A stretch of DNA of 64,000 nt, from NCBI GenBank assembly GCA_963702425.1, contig CAVPCQ010000018.1:155901-219900 (forward strand), written 5' to 3'. The translations under genes were made by a program, and so were the position numbers. Below are positions 43,681 through 54,700 of the stretch, piece after piece. Position 1 is the stretch's first letter; each line of letters opens with the position of its first letter. The notes under the pieces were generated by a model. That model was not told the DNA's origin and ran no database searches. It was given only the letters and a program-made list of their open reading frames with translations. The DNA is from an uncultured Acidobacteriota bacterium (GTDB lineage Bacteria > Acidobacteriota > Polarisedimenticolia > J045).

Positions 43681-44482
43681 GTGAACGCCGTGCCCTGCAC
43701 GCGGAGAGACCCGGAGCTCATGGACCGCTTCCTTCTCGCCCGATTGAGTCAGGCCGAGCGCGAGTCGTTCGAGCGGCACCTGTTCGAGTGCCCGGAGTGC
43801 GCCGAGGAGATGGAGGCGCTGGAGACCATCCAGGCGGCGTTGCGCAAGGTCCCCGTCGAGGCGGACGCCCGTGTGCAGTGGCGTTCGAGATGGTTCGTCG
43901 CGGCCGTGGCTGCCGCGGCGTGCGTGGCCGCGGTGGCTTTCGGGCTCTGGCTCGTGGCTCCGCGCCCGCAGACCGTCGCCCGCGGACTTCCCGCACCAGA
44001 GCCGCCCCCCTCGCCCGCACCGGCCGTGCCCGAGAAGGCCCCGTCCGTCTCCCCCGATTTGTTCGCGCTGGCCGAGATCCGCCCGCCCGCCTACAACCCC
44101 ACGGTCCTTCGCGGGGGCACGGACGACGCCGACAACGATTTCCGGAAGGCCATGGAGGCGTACCGCAGGAGCGACTACGCCGCCGCGATCCCCGGGCTGC
44201 GAGCGGCCGCCCAGCGCGCCCCGGGGGACCCGCGCCCGGCGTTCTACCTGGGGGCCTGCCAGTTGCTCATCGGCGACATCGACCGCGGCGTGTCCACACT
44301 GGAAGGACGTCGTGGCACTCGGCGACACCCCCTACCTCGAGGAGACGCACCTCCTGCTGGCCAAGGCGCACCTCTGGCGAGGGGAGCGGGAGCAGGCCAG
44401 GGACGAGCTTCGTTCCGCGCTCGCGTTGAGTGGGGACCACGAGAGGGAGATCCGGCGCCTGCTCCAGGCTCTCGACGAGTGA
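43681..44482 (+). CDS. Anti-sigma factor: zf-HC2, TM helix, extracytoplasmic TPR; frameshift near 44300
   Basis: FERHLFECPEC (HxxxCxxC); TM; AMEAYRRSDYAAAI, FYLGAC, LLLAKAHL. Confidence 0.8.
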
Positions 44483-44543
44483 CCGGACTGCGTTGAGCCA
44501 GGTTGCATGGACGTGCCCCTGCAAGGCGGCGCCGTCCCGGTCG

Positions 44544-45765
44544 TCACCTTCGCGTTCGCGGCGCTCCTCCTTGCCGGCGTCGGGCCCGTGACGGCGCCGG
44601 TACCAGGGTCTCGAGGAGTTCGGGAACCGTCAGCGCCCGCACGCCGGGAGCGACGGTCGCGATCGGAGGAGCCATCGACGACGAGCGGTGCACGATCAGT
44701 GCGTCCAGCCGTGGACCCTGTGCCGCCCGGGAGAGTCGAAGGAGAGCCGTTGCGTCGCCGGGCATGATCGTCCGGCTGGCCTTGGCTTCGACGAACAGCA
44801 GGTGGCCAGCGTCCCGGGGCACGATGAAGTCGACCTCGAGTCCCTGCTGGTCGCGGAAGTGGTAGAGATTCCGGGGACGCCCCGCGTTGAGCTGCGCCTT
44901 GACGATCTCCGATGCGACGAACCCCTCGAAGAGCGGCCCCAGGAACGGCGATCGCTCCAGGTCCCGGGCCGATTCGAGGCCGAGGAGATGGCAAGCCAGG
45001 CCGGAGTCCGAGAAGTAGACCTTGGGCGCCTTCAGCAGCCGCTTGCCGAAGTTCTCGAAGTACGGCGGAACGAGGATCACGAGCCCGGTCGTCTCGAGAA
45101 TCGCCAGCCAGTCGGTGATCGTCGGAACGGAGACGCCGAGCGGCGCGGCGAGATCGGTCCGGTTGAGGATCTGGCCCGTCCGGGCGGCCAGCACGGCCAG
45201 GAAGCGCCGGAAGGTCGTGAGGTCGCGCACCGCCGACATCGCGCGCACGTCCCGCTCGAGGTAGGTCTGGACGTACGAACGGAACCAGAGTGCCGAGCTG
45301 GCTGGGCGCGCGAGGGCCTCGGGGAAGCCTCCCCGCAACAGCCCGACCTTCGTCGATTCGGCCGAGGAGAAGGGCATCAACTGAAGGATGGCCGCGCGTC
45401 CCGCCATCGACTCCGAGACGCCACGCATCAGCGGCGCATCCTGGGATCCGGTCATGAGCCACTGTCCGTTGACGCCTCGGCCCCCGATCGATCCTCGTCC
45501 GGATGTAGTTCAGCAGTTCGGGCGCGTTCTGGACCTCGTCGAGAATCACCGGCAACGCGAGACCATCGAGAAACCCGCGCGGGTCGGCCTTCGCACGGGC
45601 CAGGAGGTCGGGATCCTCGAGAAGGACGTACGCTGCGGCCGGGAAGAGCCGGCGCAGCAGGGTCGTCTTTCCGGCCCGGCGGGGTCCGGTCAGGAGAACG
45701 GCCGGGAAGGCGCGGGCAGCAAGCTCGACTTGTCCGGCGAGCGCTCTTTCGATGTACCTCATCAT
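44544..45765 (-). CDS. AAA+ ATPase with DUF4143 domain (frameshift near 45470)
   Basis: GPRRAGKT, ILDEVQ, TGSQ, ESMAGR, TYLERDV, PKVYFSDSG, EVDF...VEAK. Confidence 0.88.
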
Positions 45766-45799
45766 TGAGAATCCTAAGGTAATAGCTTAGGAATCTCAA
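45765..45799 (-). promoter_or_regulatory. Palindromic sigma70 promoter/operator of the AAA gene
   Basis: TTGAGAATCCTAAG-N7-CTTAGGAATCTCAA; minus strand reads TTGAGA-17-TAGGAT-5-ATG. Confidence 0.65.
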
Positions 45800-45847
45800 G
45801 CCCAAGCGATCGCCGTGATCGTCCGGCCGCCCACGCCCCTCCGCCCG

Positions 45848-48800
45848 TCAGCGCCAGTCGCCGATGGCGACGAACGCGCCCCAGTAGAACGGGTGCGTGT
45901 CGAGCTGCCGGGCCCTGCGGCTCCGCAGGACGGCCAGGCTGGCGTCCCGCACGGCCTCGGCCGTCGACCTCCCCTTGCCGAAGCCCGACTCGTAGAGCGC
46001 CGTCATCCACTCGCGCGCCGACCGGTCCTCGACCGGCCAGAGGCTCATGATGACCGTGCGCGCGCCCGCGATCTGGAACGCGCGCGGCAGCCCGAGGACC
46101 CCTTCGCCGGACTGGATCCGGCCGAGGCCGGAGTCGCAGCCCGAGAGAACGGCCCAGCGCGCGCCCCGGAGATCGAGCGAGGCGATCTCCTCGGCGGTGA
46201 GGATCCCGTCGTCCTGATCGGCGGTGGTACCGGCCCGGAGGTTGGCCCCGGCGAGCGCCATTCCCGATGCGGCGGGACCGGGCAGGGTCCCGTCGGCCGA
46301 GGCCGCGAAACAGTCCGTGCCCAGCACGAACCCATGCGTGGCCAGGTGGATGATCTCTCGTCCTGGTCCCAGGAGCTTGACCGCGGTCTCGCTCGCGTAG
46401 GTGCCGGTCAGCGCGACCGCGGATCCGTCCCGCGCCTGGTCGCGCGACCAGATCGACTTCACCTCCGCCACCTCCTCGGCCGTCTGCGGGATCGGTCCGA
46501 ACCTGGCGGAACGGAAGCGTTCGCAGGTCGCCACGCCGCCGCGGTAGGTCTCGCCCGCGACCTGCAGGACCGCCGAAGGCGCAGCCGTTGCGGCCGCGGC
46601 GACGATCGCTTCGGACGCCGCTCCCGGCCGATCGAAGCTGGGATCGCCGAGCGCGAGGAGCCCCGTCCCGGGCGGCTCGTTGCCGACGATGATGTCGCGC
46701 TCCGTGCCCAGCAGGTGCAGCAGCATCGGCCCTTCGACGAGGTAGCGTCCGTTCGCGTCGGGCAGGGTCGCGAAGTCGATCGTGTTGATCGCGCCCTCGG
46801 GCACGATGAACACGCGGCGCGACTTCCCGAGGAAGGGCACGAGCGGATCGAAGATCCGCGCTCGAAGCGCCGAGGCCGCCTTCCGGTAGGAGCGCTCGAG
46901 CGCCCGGCCGGACCGTCCGTCCGCTTTCGGGACGTCGGCGATCCGCTCGCGCACCTGCCGGACGAGGTCGTCGATCTCGCGGCCGGCTCCGAGCGGGACG
47001 AGTGCCGGCGGCCGGCCCCCCGATGACACGAAGGCCGCGTAGGACGGGACGGCATCCTTCACCAGGGGCGCGGCGTCCTTCTCGTCGCTCCGTGCCGGCT
47101 GGCGCTCGTAGAGCACGAAGCCGATCAGCGCGTCGCCGGGCCCCAAGGCGGCGGTGACCTCAGCGAGGCCCGCCAGGCGCCGAGCCCGCTCGAGCCGGAA
47201 CGCCTCGTCCTTCTCCACGAGCTTCTGCTCGACGCTGCCCACCTCGGCCCGCAGCGCCTTCGTCTCGAGCTCGTAGGCGGCCGGATCGTCGCCCGGTCCG
47301 CGAACCACGCACCGCGCCAAACGCGCCCGGGCCTTCGTGACGTCCTCGAAGAGCCGGCGAACCTCCGGATCCTCGGACGAGGCGAGACGGCGGTGGCGCT
47401 GCGCGACGTTGTCGAAGACCACGGAGCGCGAGCGGATGACCCCGTCCCACGCGCGCGCCGTCCACTCGGGCCGCGCGTCGCGGCGCACGCTCGCCAGCGT
47501 GATTGCGAGATCGGCCCCGCGCGTCAGGGACTCCTCGTAGAGCAGGGCGTCGCGCTCGGGGATCGACTGGGCCGCCAGCGCCAGGTGGGTGGTCGCGATC
47601 CGCTCGGTCTCGACGGCCGTGTCGAACGCCTCGTCCAGCTTCCCCGCGCGCGCCAGGGCCTCGCCGAGGCCCGCCAGCGGGCTGGTCCGGGCCGGGTCGT
47701 CGGAGCCGCCGAATTCCTGCCACGCGGCGACGGACTGGCGCAGGTACTTTTCGGCGTTCGCGAGGTCCCCCCGGTCCAGCGCGAGCCGCCCCAGCAGCTC
47801 CAGGTTCTCGGCGGCGGCGCCGGATCCGGCCTCCTTTTCGGCGTAGATCACTGCGGCCCGCTCGGCGAACTCGCGCGAAGCGGCGAGATCGCCGCGGTCC
47901 CGCGCGAGCTCGGCGAGGAAGTGGTAGCACTCGGCGACGTACGGGGAGCCGGGGACGTTCCTCTCGCGGATCGCCAGCGCTTTCCGGTAGTACTCGTCCG
48001 CGGCCGCGTGCCGGCCGGCCAGGCGCTCGATGTTCCCCATCCCGACGTACTCGATCGAGGTGTCGAGCGACCCCGGGTCCTTGCGCTCGAGCCGGGCGAG
48101 CGACTCGCGGCCGTAGCGCTCGGCCGCGTCGAGGTTTCCGGCCCGGTACTCCAGCTCGCGCAGGTTCCCGAGCGCGAAATCGCACGGGTCGATGTCGAGC
48201 TGCCGCTCGCGGCAGGTCTCCAGCACCTGTTCGTACATCGCCCGGGCCTGCCCGAACGCGAGCAGTTCGCTGTGTACGTTCGCGACATTGACCTGGTAGG
48301 GGATCAGGACCTCGGGGGGCGCGCCGAGCTTCTCCTGGGCCGCGAGGGCGCGCTCGAGGTAGGGGCGCGCCTGGTCGAGGTCTCCGCGCACGAAGTAGTT
48401 GACGCCGAGATTCTTCAGCGCGGAGGCGACGCTCGCGCTGTCGGGATCGGTCTGTTCGCGGATCGCCAGCGCGCGGAGCTGATGCTCCTCGGCGCGCGCG
48501 TAGTCCCCGAGCCGGACCTCGGCGATGCCCAGCGACGACAGCGTGCCGGCGATCTCGCTGGGTGGGGCGCCGATGCTGTCCTGCAGCGCGAGGAGTTCGC
48601 CGTAGTGCGTCGCCGCCGACTGGAAGTCCTGCTCCGCGAAGGCCACCCGGCCCAGCCCGGCAAGAGCGCGAACGTGCTCCCGCGACCCTGGCGCCGTCTC
48701 CGACGCGAGCGCCAGGGCTTCAGAGTAGCGCGCGCGCGCCTCCGTCAGCGTGCCGGACTGTTCGAGCGACTGCGCCTCGTCGAGCAGGCGCTGGAGGGTG

Positions 48801-48961
48801 CCCGTCGGCGCCGCGGCGCCGGGCTCCTCGGTCGGGCCCGCGGAAGGACCCGCGGACGACGCCGGAGCCGCCGCGCCCAGGAGGAGCAGCGCCAGGAGGC
48901 CAGCCGAGGTCAGCGGTCGGACGAGCCTTCGTGAAATGCCACGCGAACGTCCGGCGGACAT
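45848..48961 (-). CDS. Exported TPR-CHAT (caspase/HetF-like) protease
   Basis: Signal peptide LLALLLLGAAAPA; many TPRs; IHLATHG and VLSGCDSG (His/Cys dyad); SLWPVED, PFYWGAF. Confidence 0.9.
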   Translation of the reverse strand: MSAGRSRGISRRLVRPLTSAGLLALLLLGAAAPASSAGPSAGPTEEPGAAAPTGTLQRLLDEAQSLEQSGTLTEARARYSEALALASETAPGSREHVRALAGLGRVAFAEQDFQSAATHYGELLALQDSIGAPPSEIAGTLSSLGIAEVRLGDYARAEEHQLRALAIREQTDPDSASVASALKNLGVNYFVRGDLDQARPYLERALAAQEKLGAPPEVLIPYQVNVANVHSELLAFGQARAMYEQVLETCRERQLDIDPCDFALGNLRELEYRAGNLDAAERYGRESLARLERKDPGSLDTSIEYVGMGNIERLAGRHAAADEYYRKALAIRERNVPGSPYVAECYHFLAELARDRGDLAASREFAERAAVIYAEKEAGSGAAAENLELLGRLALDRGDLANAEKYLRQSVAAWQEFGGSDDPARTSPLAGLGEALARAGKLDEAFDTAVETERIATTHLALAAQSIPERDALLYEESLTRGADLAITLASVRRDARPEWTARAWDGVIRSRSVVFDNVAQRHRRLASSEDPEVRRLFEDVTKARARLARCVVRGPGDDPAAYELETKALRAEVGSVEQKLVEKDEAFRLERARRLAGLAEVTAALGPGDALIGFVLYERQPARSDEKDAAPLVKDAVPSYAAFVSSGGRPPALVPLGAGREIDDLVRQVRERIADVPKADGRSGRALERSYRKAASALRARIFDPLVPFLGKSRRVFIVPEGAINTIDFATLPDANGRYLVEGPMLLHLLGTERDIIVGNEPPGTGLLALGDPSFDRPGAASEAIVAAAATAAPSAVLQVAGETYRGGVATCERFRSARFGPIPQTAEEVAEVKSIWSRDQARDGSAVALTGTYASETAVKLLGPGREIIHLATHGFVLGTDCFAASADGTLPGPAASGMALAGANLRAGTTADQDDGILTAEEIASLDLRGARWAVLSGCDSGLGRIQSGEGVLGLPRAFQIAGARTVIMSLWPVEDRSAREWMTALYESGFGKGRSTAEAVRDASLAVLRSRRARQLDTHPFYWGAFVAIGDWR

Positions 48962-49179
48962 CGTCGACCACCCCCCTGCCCGTCGCAGGCCGGCTTCGCT
49001 GCGACACTGCGGCGCATTCTGCGGAGGCCGGTGTGGGCGATTCAAGCGGCCACGGGCGGCGGCGAGGAACCCGGGCGCCGCGGTCGGCGATCCAGACCGC
49101 GCTTCAAGACGCGCCGTAGCCCCTCCTCGGCGCGCAAGAAAACGCGGTCCGGACCGCCTCTCCGGCGACCCCCTGCCGA

Positions 49180-50457
49180 TCACTGCCTCCAGCCGAAGCG
49201 CAGGCCCGTCGGCGCGACGGCGTCGGCGACAGTCGCCTGCCCTGACGGCGAGACGCCCACCGCCGTGAACGAGCTGTGCAGCACTTCCACGAGCTCGGAG
49301 ACCCAGACCTGCGCATCCTTGTCCCAGTAAGCGACGCGGGTTTCGGAGGTCGCACTGGGGTCTTTCCAGTTGTGATACCCGACGTAGGGAACGCCTGTGG
49401 ATGAGAAGGTGAGCGTCGCGTCATGCCGCAGTAGTCGCAGGGATCGATGAAGCTGGTGGTCCATCCTCCGCTCCCCTTGCGGGTGAAACGCGCGCCGTCG
49501 CTCGGGGTGCCGGAATGGACGATCACCGGTTCACCGGTGAGCGGATCGAACGCGAGATCGCAATTGACGCCCATCCCCCGTTCCGGGCCCTCCACGAGTT
49601 CCTTCGACCAGCTCGCACCCCTCGTGGCGTACCAGAGGGAGTCGAGCAACCCGGTCGCCATCGCTGTCGCTGGAGTAGGAGATCGCCGCGACCCCGGAGA
49701 ACGAGAAGGCGATCGAGACATAGCGCGTTATTGCAGCGCTGTCCACCGTTTCGATGACCCAGCCCGTGCTCCCGCGACGGGCGAATCGGACCGGTTGCGT
49801 CTTTCGACTGGTGACCGTGTAGGCCACGGCGGGATTGCCGGCCGGGTCGTACGCGATCGCCGTGAGCTCCCCGACGGTCTTGTCGACGGACTCGATCGTC
49901 CAGCGAGAGCCCGACTTCCTTGCGACCTTCAGGGTGGAGCTCGATCGCCAGCTGATGGCCGGTTCCCCGTTGGAGCTGTATGCGAGACTCGTCCCCGTGA
50001 CGTCTCCGCCGCTGACATCTTCGATCGTCCACGAGGTCCCGTTCCAGTGCGCGAATCGCAGGTTCCTGCCCGCAGGGTAGGCGATGGAAGGCCTCCCATC
50101 GATCGGATCGTAGGCCTGGGAGACGTAATACCCTCCCGCCGCATCCACCAGTTCGGTCGTCCAGGTCGCGGCCGTGAGGGACTCGGCGGGCACGGTCGGA
50201 GCGGGGGCCGCGGCGTCTCCTTCCGGCTCCAGGAGAACCGCCGTCTGCCCGCCCACCGAAGCGGCGGCCAGCCACCGCGCTTCCGCCGAGGATTGAACCT
50301 TCGGCGCGCCGGTCAAAGTAGCTTCCGGTGTGGTCACGTAACTCTCGGCGCCGACCCGCATGGCAGGGTCCGCCCGCTCGGGTGGCTGCGCGATCACGCC
50401 TGGGCACAGCGCCACGATTGCCAACACGAGCAGCGTCCGCTTCAGGTTCCTCTGCAT
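49180..50457 (-). CDS. Secreted beta-propeller-like repeat protein (frameshifts near 49655 and 49425)
   Basis: Signal MQRNLKRTLLVLAIVALCPGVIAQ; repeats W.IE.VD...SLAYD..G.P.ISY. Confidence 0.7.
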
Positions 50458-50512
50458 CACATCCCCCTTCCTCGACCGGCCTCGCGACCAGCCACACTCG
50501 CCTCTAGCGAAT

Positions 50513-50538
50513 AGTGTCCCGAGTGGCTCGCCTGTGAC
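50513..50538 (-). promoter_or_regulatory. Putative ECF promoter GTCAC-N15-GACACT
   Basis: About 55 nt upstream of the 50457 start; spacer differs from the other copies. Confidence 0.65.
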
Positions 50539-50566
50539 CACGTTCTCCGGACCCACCTGTCGTGCC

Positions 50567-50996
50567 GGTGTACGATGGCTCCGATTCCCGATGCGGGACG
50601 GTCGCCTCCCCGCGGGCCCGCCGCGTCGTCGCCCCCCTCGACCTCACGCTGGACGACCGCAACGTCGTGCAGCCGGACATCCTGTTCGTCTCGAACGCGC
50701 GGTCCGGAATCCTGCAGGCAAGCCGCGTCATCGGCGCTCCCGACCTGTGCGTCGAGATCCTCTCGCCCGGCACGGAGCGGATCGACCGGATGCGCAAGCT
50801 CGATCTGTTTGTGCGCTTCGGCGTGACGCACTACTGGATCGTCGATCTCGACACGCGGACGATCGAAGAGTACGCCCTGGCCGGCGACGTCTACCGCGTG
50901 CGGAGCATCACGGCGTACGACGCGCCGTTCCGCCCCGCGGCGCTGCCCGGGTCTGAGTTCCGGCTCGGCGTGGTGCCGCTGCCGGACGCGGCCTGA
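50567..50996 (+). pseudogene. Uma2 copy 4, 5'-deleted (leader fused to APLD...)
   Basis: Leader TACGAT...TGCGGGACGGTC joins directly to the C-terminal two-thirds; the downstream 65 nt match 38330-38395. Confidence 0.8.
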
Positions 50997-51062
50997 CGAG
51001 GCTTCGGGCGCGAACCGGCGGTCGAGACCACGTTTCCTGACGCGCCGGTGCTGCCCTCGGCG

Positions 51063-51313
51063 AGTCTTCGACTCCCGCCACGCCGGCACGTGTCGGGTGA
51101 GTCACTCGACAAGGGCCTCCTGCTGGCGACAGACGCCCGTGTGCGCCGTCAGGTCCGCGCGCTCGACCCGGTCAGCAGCAAGCGCACGCCCCGGGATTCG
51201 ATCAGCCGGTGGATCTCGTTCAGCAGTTCGGGCAATCGAGAAGGTCGTAGACCCGGATCTCCTCGAGCGTCCTGTGGATCAGGAACGTCTGGCTGGTCTG
51301 GCGGCGGCCTGCC
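51063..51313 (-). pseudogene. Deleted remnant of the AAA-DUF4143 gene at 38407-39549
   Basis: Pieces PAWRESKT, PELLNEIHRLIESRGVRLLLTGSSAR, TFLIHRTLEEIRVYDLLD. Confidence 0.8.
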
Positions 51314-51722
51314 CGAAGGACGGGGGAGCGGGCACTCTGACGTCCGCACCATGGCCCCCCGGCCCGGACGCTGCCGCTCTTCGACCGCTGCGAGGATGCA
51401 GCGCAATGACGACCGGCAGGGGGCCGGACATGGGCGTCCCGTCGTTCCTGGAGAGGCACCCGAGTTATACTGTGCGGGTCAGTACCTTGTCCGAACCAGC
51501 CCGTGGAACATGGCGGCGGAGTTGGCGGGTGTCCCGAGTCCGTATCGGGTTGACAGCCAGGGACGTCGCTGTGCCCGCAGGCCAAGGCACGAGGGCCCCG
51601 GCGTCTCCTGTCGTACGCCGCGGTAGGCCAACGACCCACAACGCCGCCGTGCGGGATGCAGCGGCGGTCGACGGCATTGCGAACTCGGATTCGGGACTGT
51701 CGGCAGGTGACCCACCGGAGGA

Positions 51723-54700
51723 ATGATGACCTTCCAGAAACGGATACATGAGGGTTCGTGCAGGATCGTCACTGGGCTCGTCGTCGTGCTGTTGCTTTCC
51801 GGCGTCATGGTGCTGGCCAGCGAACCGCCTCGGCGAGTCTCGCGGTCACACGCTGGGAACGTCCCGCTGCTGGGTCTGACATTCGAGCCCGGTCCGCGCG
51901 CGTTCCCACAGCCAGATCGCGAGCGGGCCGACTTCGGACCGGATTCGCGCGGCCAGAATTTCCTGGACCTGCCTACGCCCGAGATCTCGGTGGGCCTGCT
52001 CACGGGTTCCCTGCCCTCGCATGACCTGGCAGCCAGCGTCTTCGGGAAGACGAGCGGAGAACTGGTGCTCCTCACGCACGAGAGTTACGCCCTCAAGGCA
52101 GCCTACTCGTCCAACAACGGTGCGACCTTCGGCGGCGAGAAGATCGTCGCCGGCCCGGACCCGCCGGTCATCGGGTTCAGCGCAACGCTCGCGGGGGACG
52201 GCAAGCTCTACGCCGCGTACTTGTTCGGTGACTCGGGTGGCGACGTCGGAATCCGCTTCCAGCGAAGTGATGATACGGGGCGGACCTGGACGGCGCCCGT
52301 GAGCCTGGTCAAGCGGGGCGACGCGACGCATGGCGTCTCCGCCCTGTACGCGATCGCTGCGAACAGCAGCGGCCGGGTCGCGGTGATCTTCGATGAATTG
52401 TGGGAGGGCCGTCACGTCTACGTCATGACGAGCACGGACGGCGGCGCAAACTGGAACGGTCCGGTCCGCGTCGACGCAACGGACGATTTCAACGCCGGGA
52501 TCACGGGCGCCGACGTGACGGTTGGAAGCAACGGCTGGGTGCACGCAGCATTCACTCAGGCTCGCGGCGGCATGCCCCAGGTCTGGTACGCACGTTCCAA
52601 GGACGGGGGCGTGAGCTTCGAGACCGAGAGGAATCTCGACTTCCTGCTCCTCGGTCGGCCACAGCCACCACTGGAACCACCGGCCGGCTCCGACCTGCCC
52701 GACATCGAGATCGCGAACGACGGGAGCGTTCTCCTCACGCTCTGGGACAGTTGGGAGGCCGACTATGTCCATCTCCTTCGCTCGTCGAATGGTGGAGACG
52801 CATTCACCCTGGTCGTCTCCGCCTACATGGACGCGAGCGACACGCCCGCTGAGCCCCGGATTTGGGTGGCTCCCGGAACGAACACGCTGCTCCTGGGGTG
52901 GGTTCGGTGGGATGGCCGGCTGCAGGTGACGCGTTCGGCGGACAATGGCGCCACGTGGGGCCTTTCCCGGCTCTTGGCCAACGCCGCCAACACTTTCGCG
53001 GCGGTCCGTACCGGCGGGACGAAGTGGGCCGTCGCCTGGGAGGACAGGCGGAACGCCGGGATGAGATCGACGTTCACAGACATCTACGTTCGCGTTTCGA
53101 CCGACGACGGGTCCACCTTCGGCGCCGAGCAGCGCGCGGACCGCGACGCCGCGGGCGCGAGCGAAAGCAGGCTGGCCGGGCTTGCCGCCTGCGGCGCGGA
53201 TACGTTTTTCGCCTCGTACCTCGATCGGCGCCCGAGCCCGAACAGTACCAACGTCTGGGCAAACCGCTCGGCGGTGAGCCCGTTCGATCTCTCGTCGAAC
53301 GAGCGGCGCGTGGACGCGGATACCTGGACGGACAACGCGCTGCAGTACAGCGACGCCGCCGTGACGACGGACGGCGCCGATCACGTCTACGTGGCCTATT
53401 CCAGCATGCCCGTCGGCCCATGGCCGGACCTGTACGTCGCGGCGAGCGCCGATCGGGGACGCACGTTCTCCCAGGCCATCCGGGTGAGCACGAGCCCGCC
53501 CGGGACAGCGGAGTACACCCGACCGATGCTCAGCGCCCACCCCGACGGCACGGTGTACGCCGCCTACACCCGGGAGACGGCCACGGCCTTCCAACTCGTC
53601 GTCAATCGCTCACGGGACTTTGGCCGGACCTGGCTCGCGACGGAGAAGCTGATCGCGACCCCCAGCACGAAGGACTTGGCACTGGCGAGCGTCCCGGGAG
53701 GAAAGGTCTATCTCGCGTACGAGATGGGCAACAACATCCATCTTGCACGCTCGTCCAACTACTTCGACTCATTCACGGACACGGACGTGGACCAGAACGA
53801 CACGGGGTACAACGAACGTCCGAAGCTCTGCGCGCAGGGCGACCAGGTCATCCTCGTCTTGCACAGTCCGAATGTCGCGATCACGGCCTGGAGCGTCTGG
53901 GGAACCGTGAGCGCCGACGGGGGAGGAACGTGGTCCTCGAGCGTCCAGCTCCGGCCGGAGGGAATCCCGGGTGCAGCGGACTACCTGGACCTGGCTTGCG
54001 ACGGAACCAACGCCGGTGTGGCGGTCTGGTCCGATAACCGATCCCAGGGTATCAAGGTGTACGCCAATCGTTATGACGGCAGCGCGTGGATTGGCGATGT
54101 CCTCGTCAGCGACGTGCCGGACGCATACGTGCCGCGGGTCGCGTTCTACTCGGGTACGACCGGCGTCGCCGTCAGCTACGGCGACGAGAGTTCGGTCTGG
54201 CTCAGCGTCTCGAACGATGGAGGCGCGAGATGGCTGATCACTCAGCGTCTCGATGACGCCGCCCCGCAGCCGCTCGCGGCATCCGCCGCCCCGTTCACGC
54301 TCAGCGACAGGGCTGGGAACATCTGGGTCGTCTGGACGGACTACAGTGCCGGGTACCCTTCCGTCGCGGTCAGGTGGTCCGGCGACGGAGGCGAGAGCTT
54401 CGGTCCCGTGTACCGGGCCAACCGGGAGCAGCCCCAGGGATCCCGGGCCAGCGTGATCGACTGGTTCCAGTTCCAACCGGCCGCAGCGTCGCCGGGGGTC
54501 GCGCACCTCGCGTTCGCTGGAGAACGGTCGTCCAGCGCCTTGGATACCCGCATCAACGCCTATGAAGCGAATGACATGGACCGCGACGGCGCCTCCGCGC
54601 ACACCGACTGCAACGACCAAGACGCGCTGTCGTGGGGCGCGCCCGCCGAAGTGGCTGGCCTGCGGGTCTCGAGGGGGACGAGCGCGGCGCGCCTGGACTG

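Noticed and set aside
48982-49008. GTCGC-N16-GACACT near the CHAT start
   Set aside because: Mismatch, 16-nt spacer, and it points away from the CHAT gene
357-50457. Numerous frameshifts (ppk1, actP, mscS, tricorn, protease, BNR, anti-sigma, AAA and others) as programmed frameshifting or mass pseudogenisation
   Set aside because: They are scattered single-base indels in otherwise intact genes, with no in-frame stops or shared slippery motif. This is most consistent with long-read consensus error and needs read polishing to confirm.
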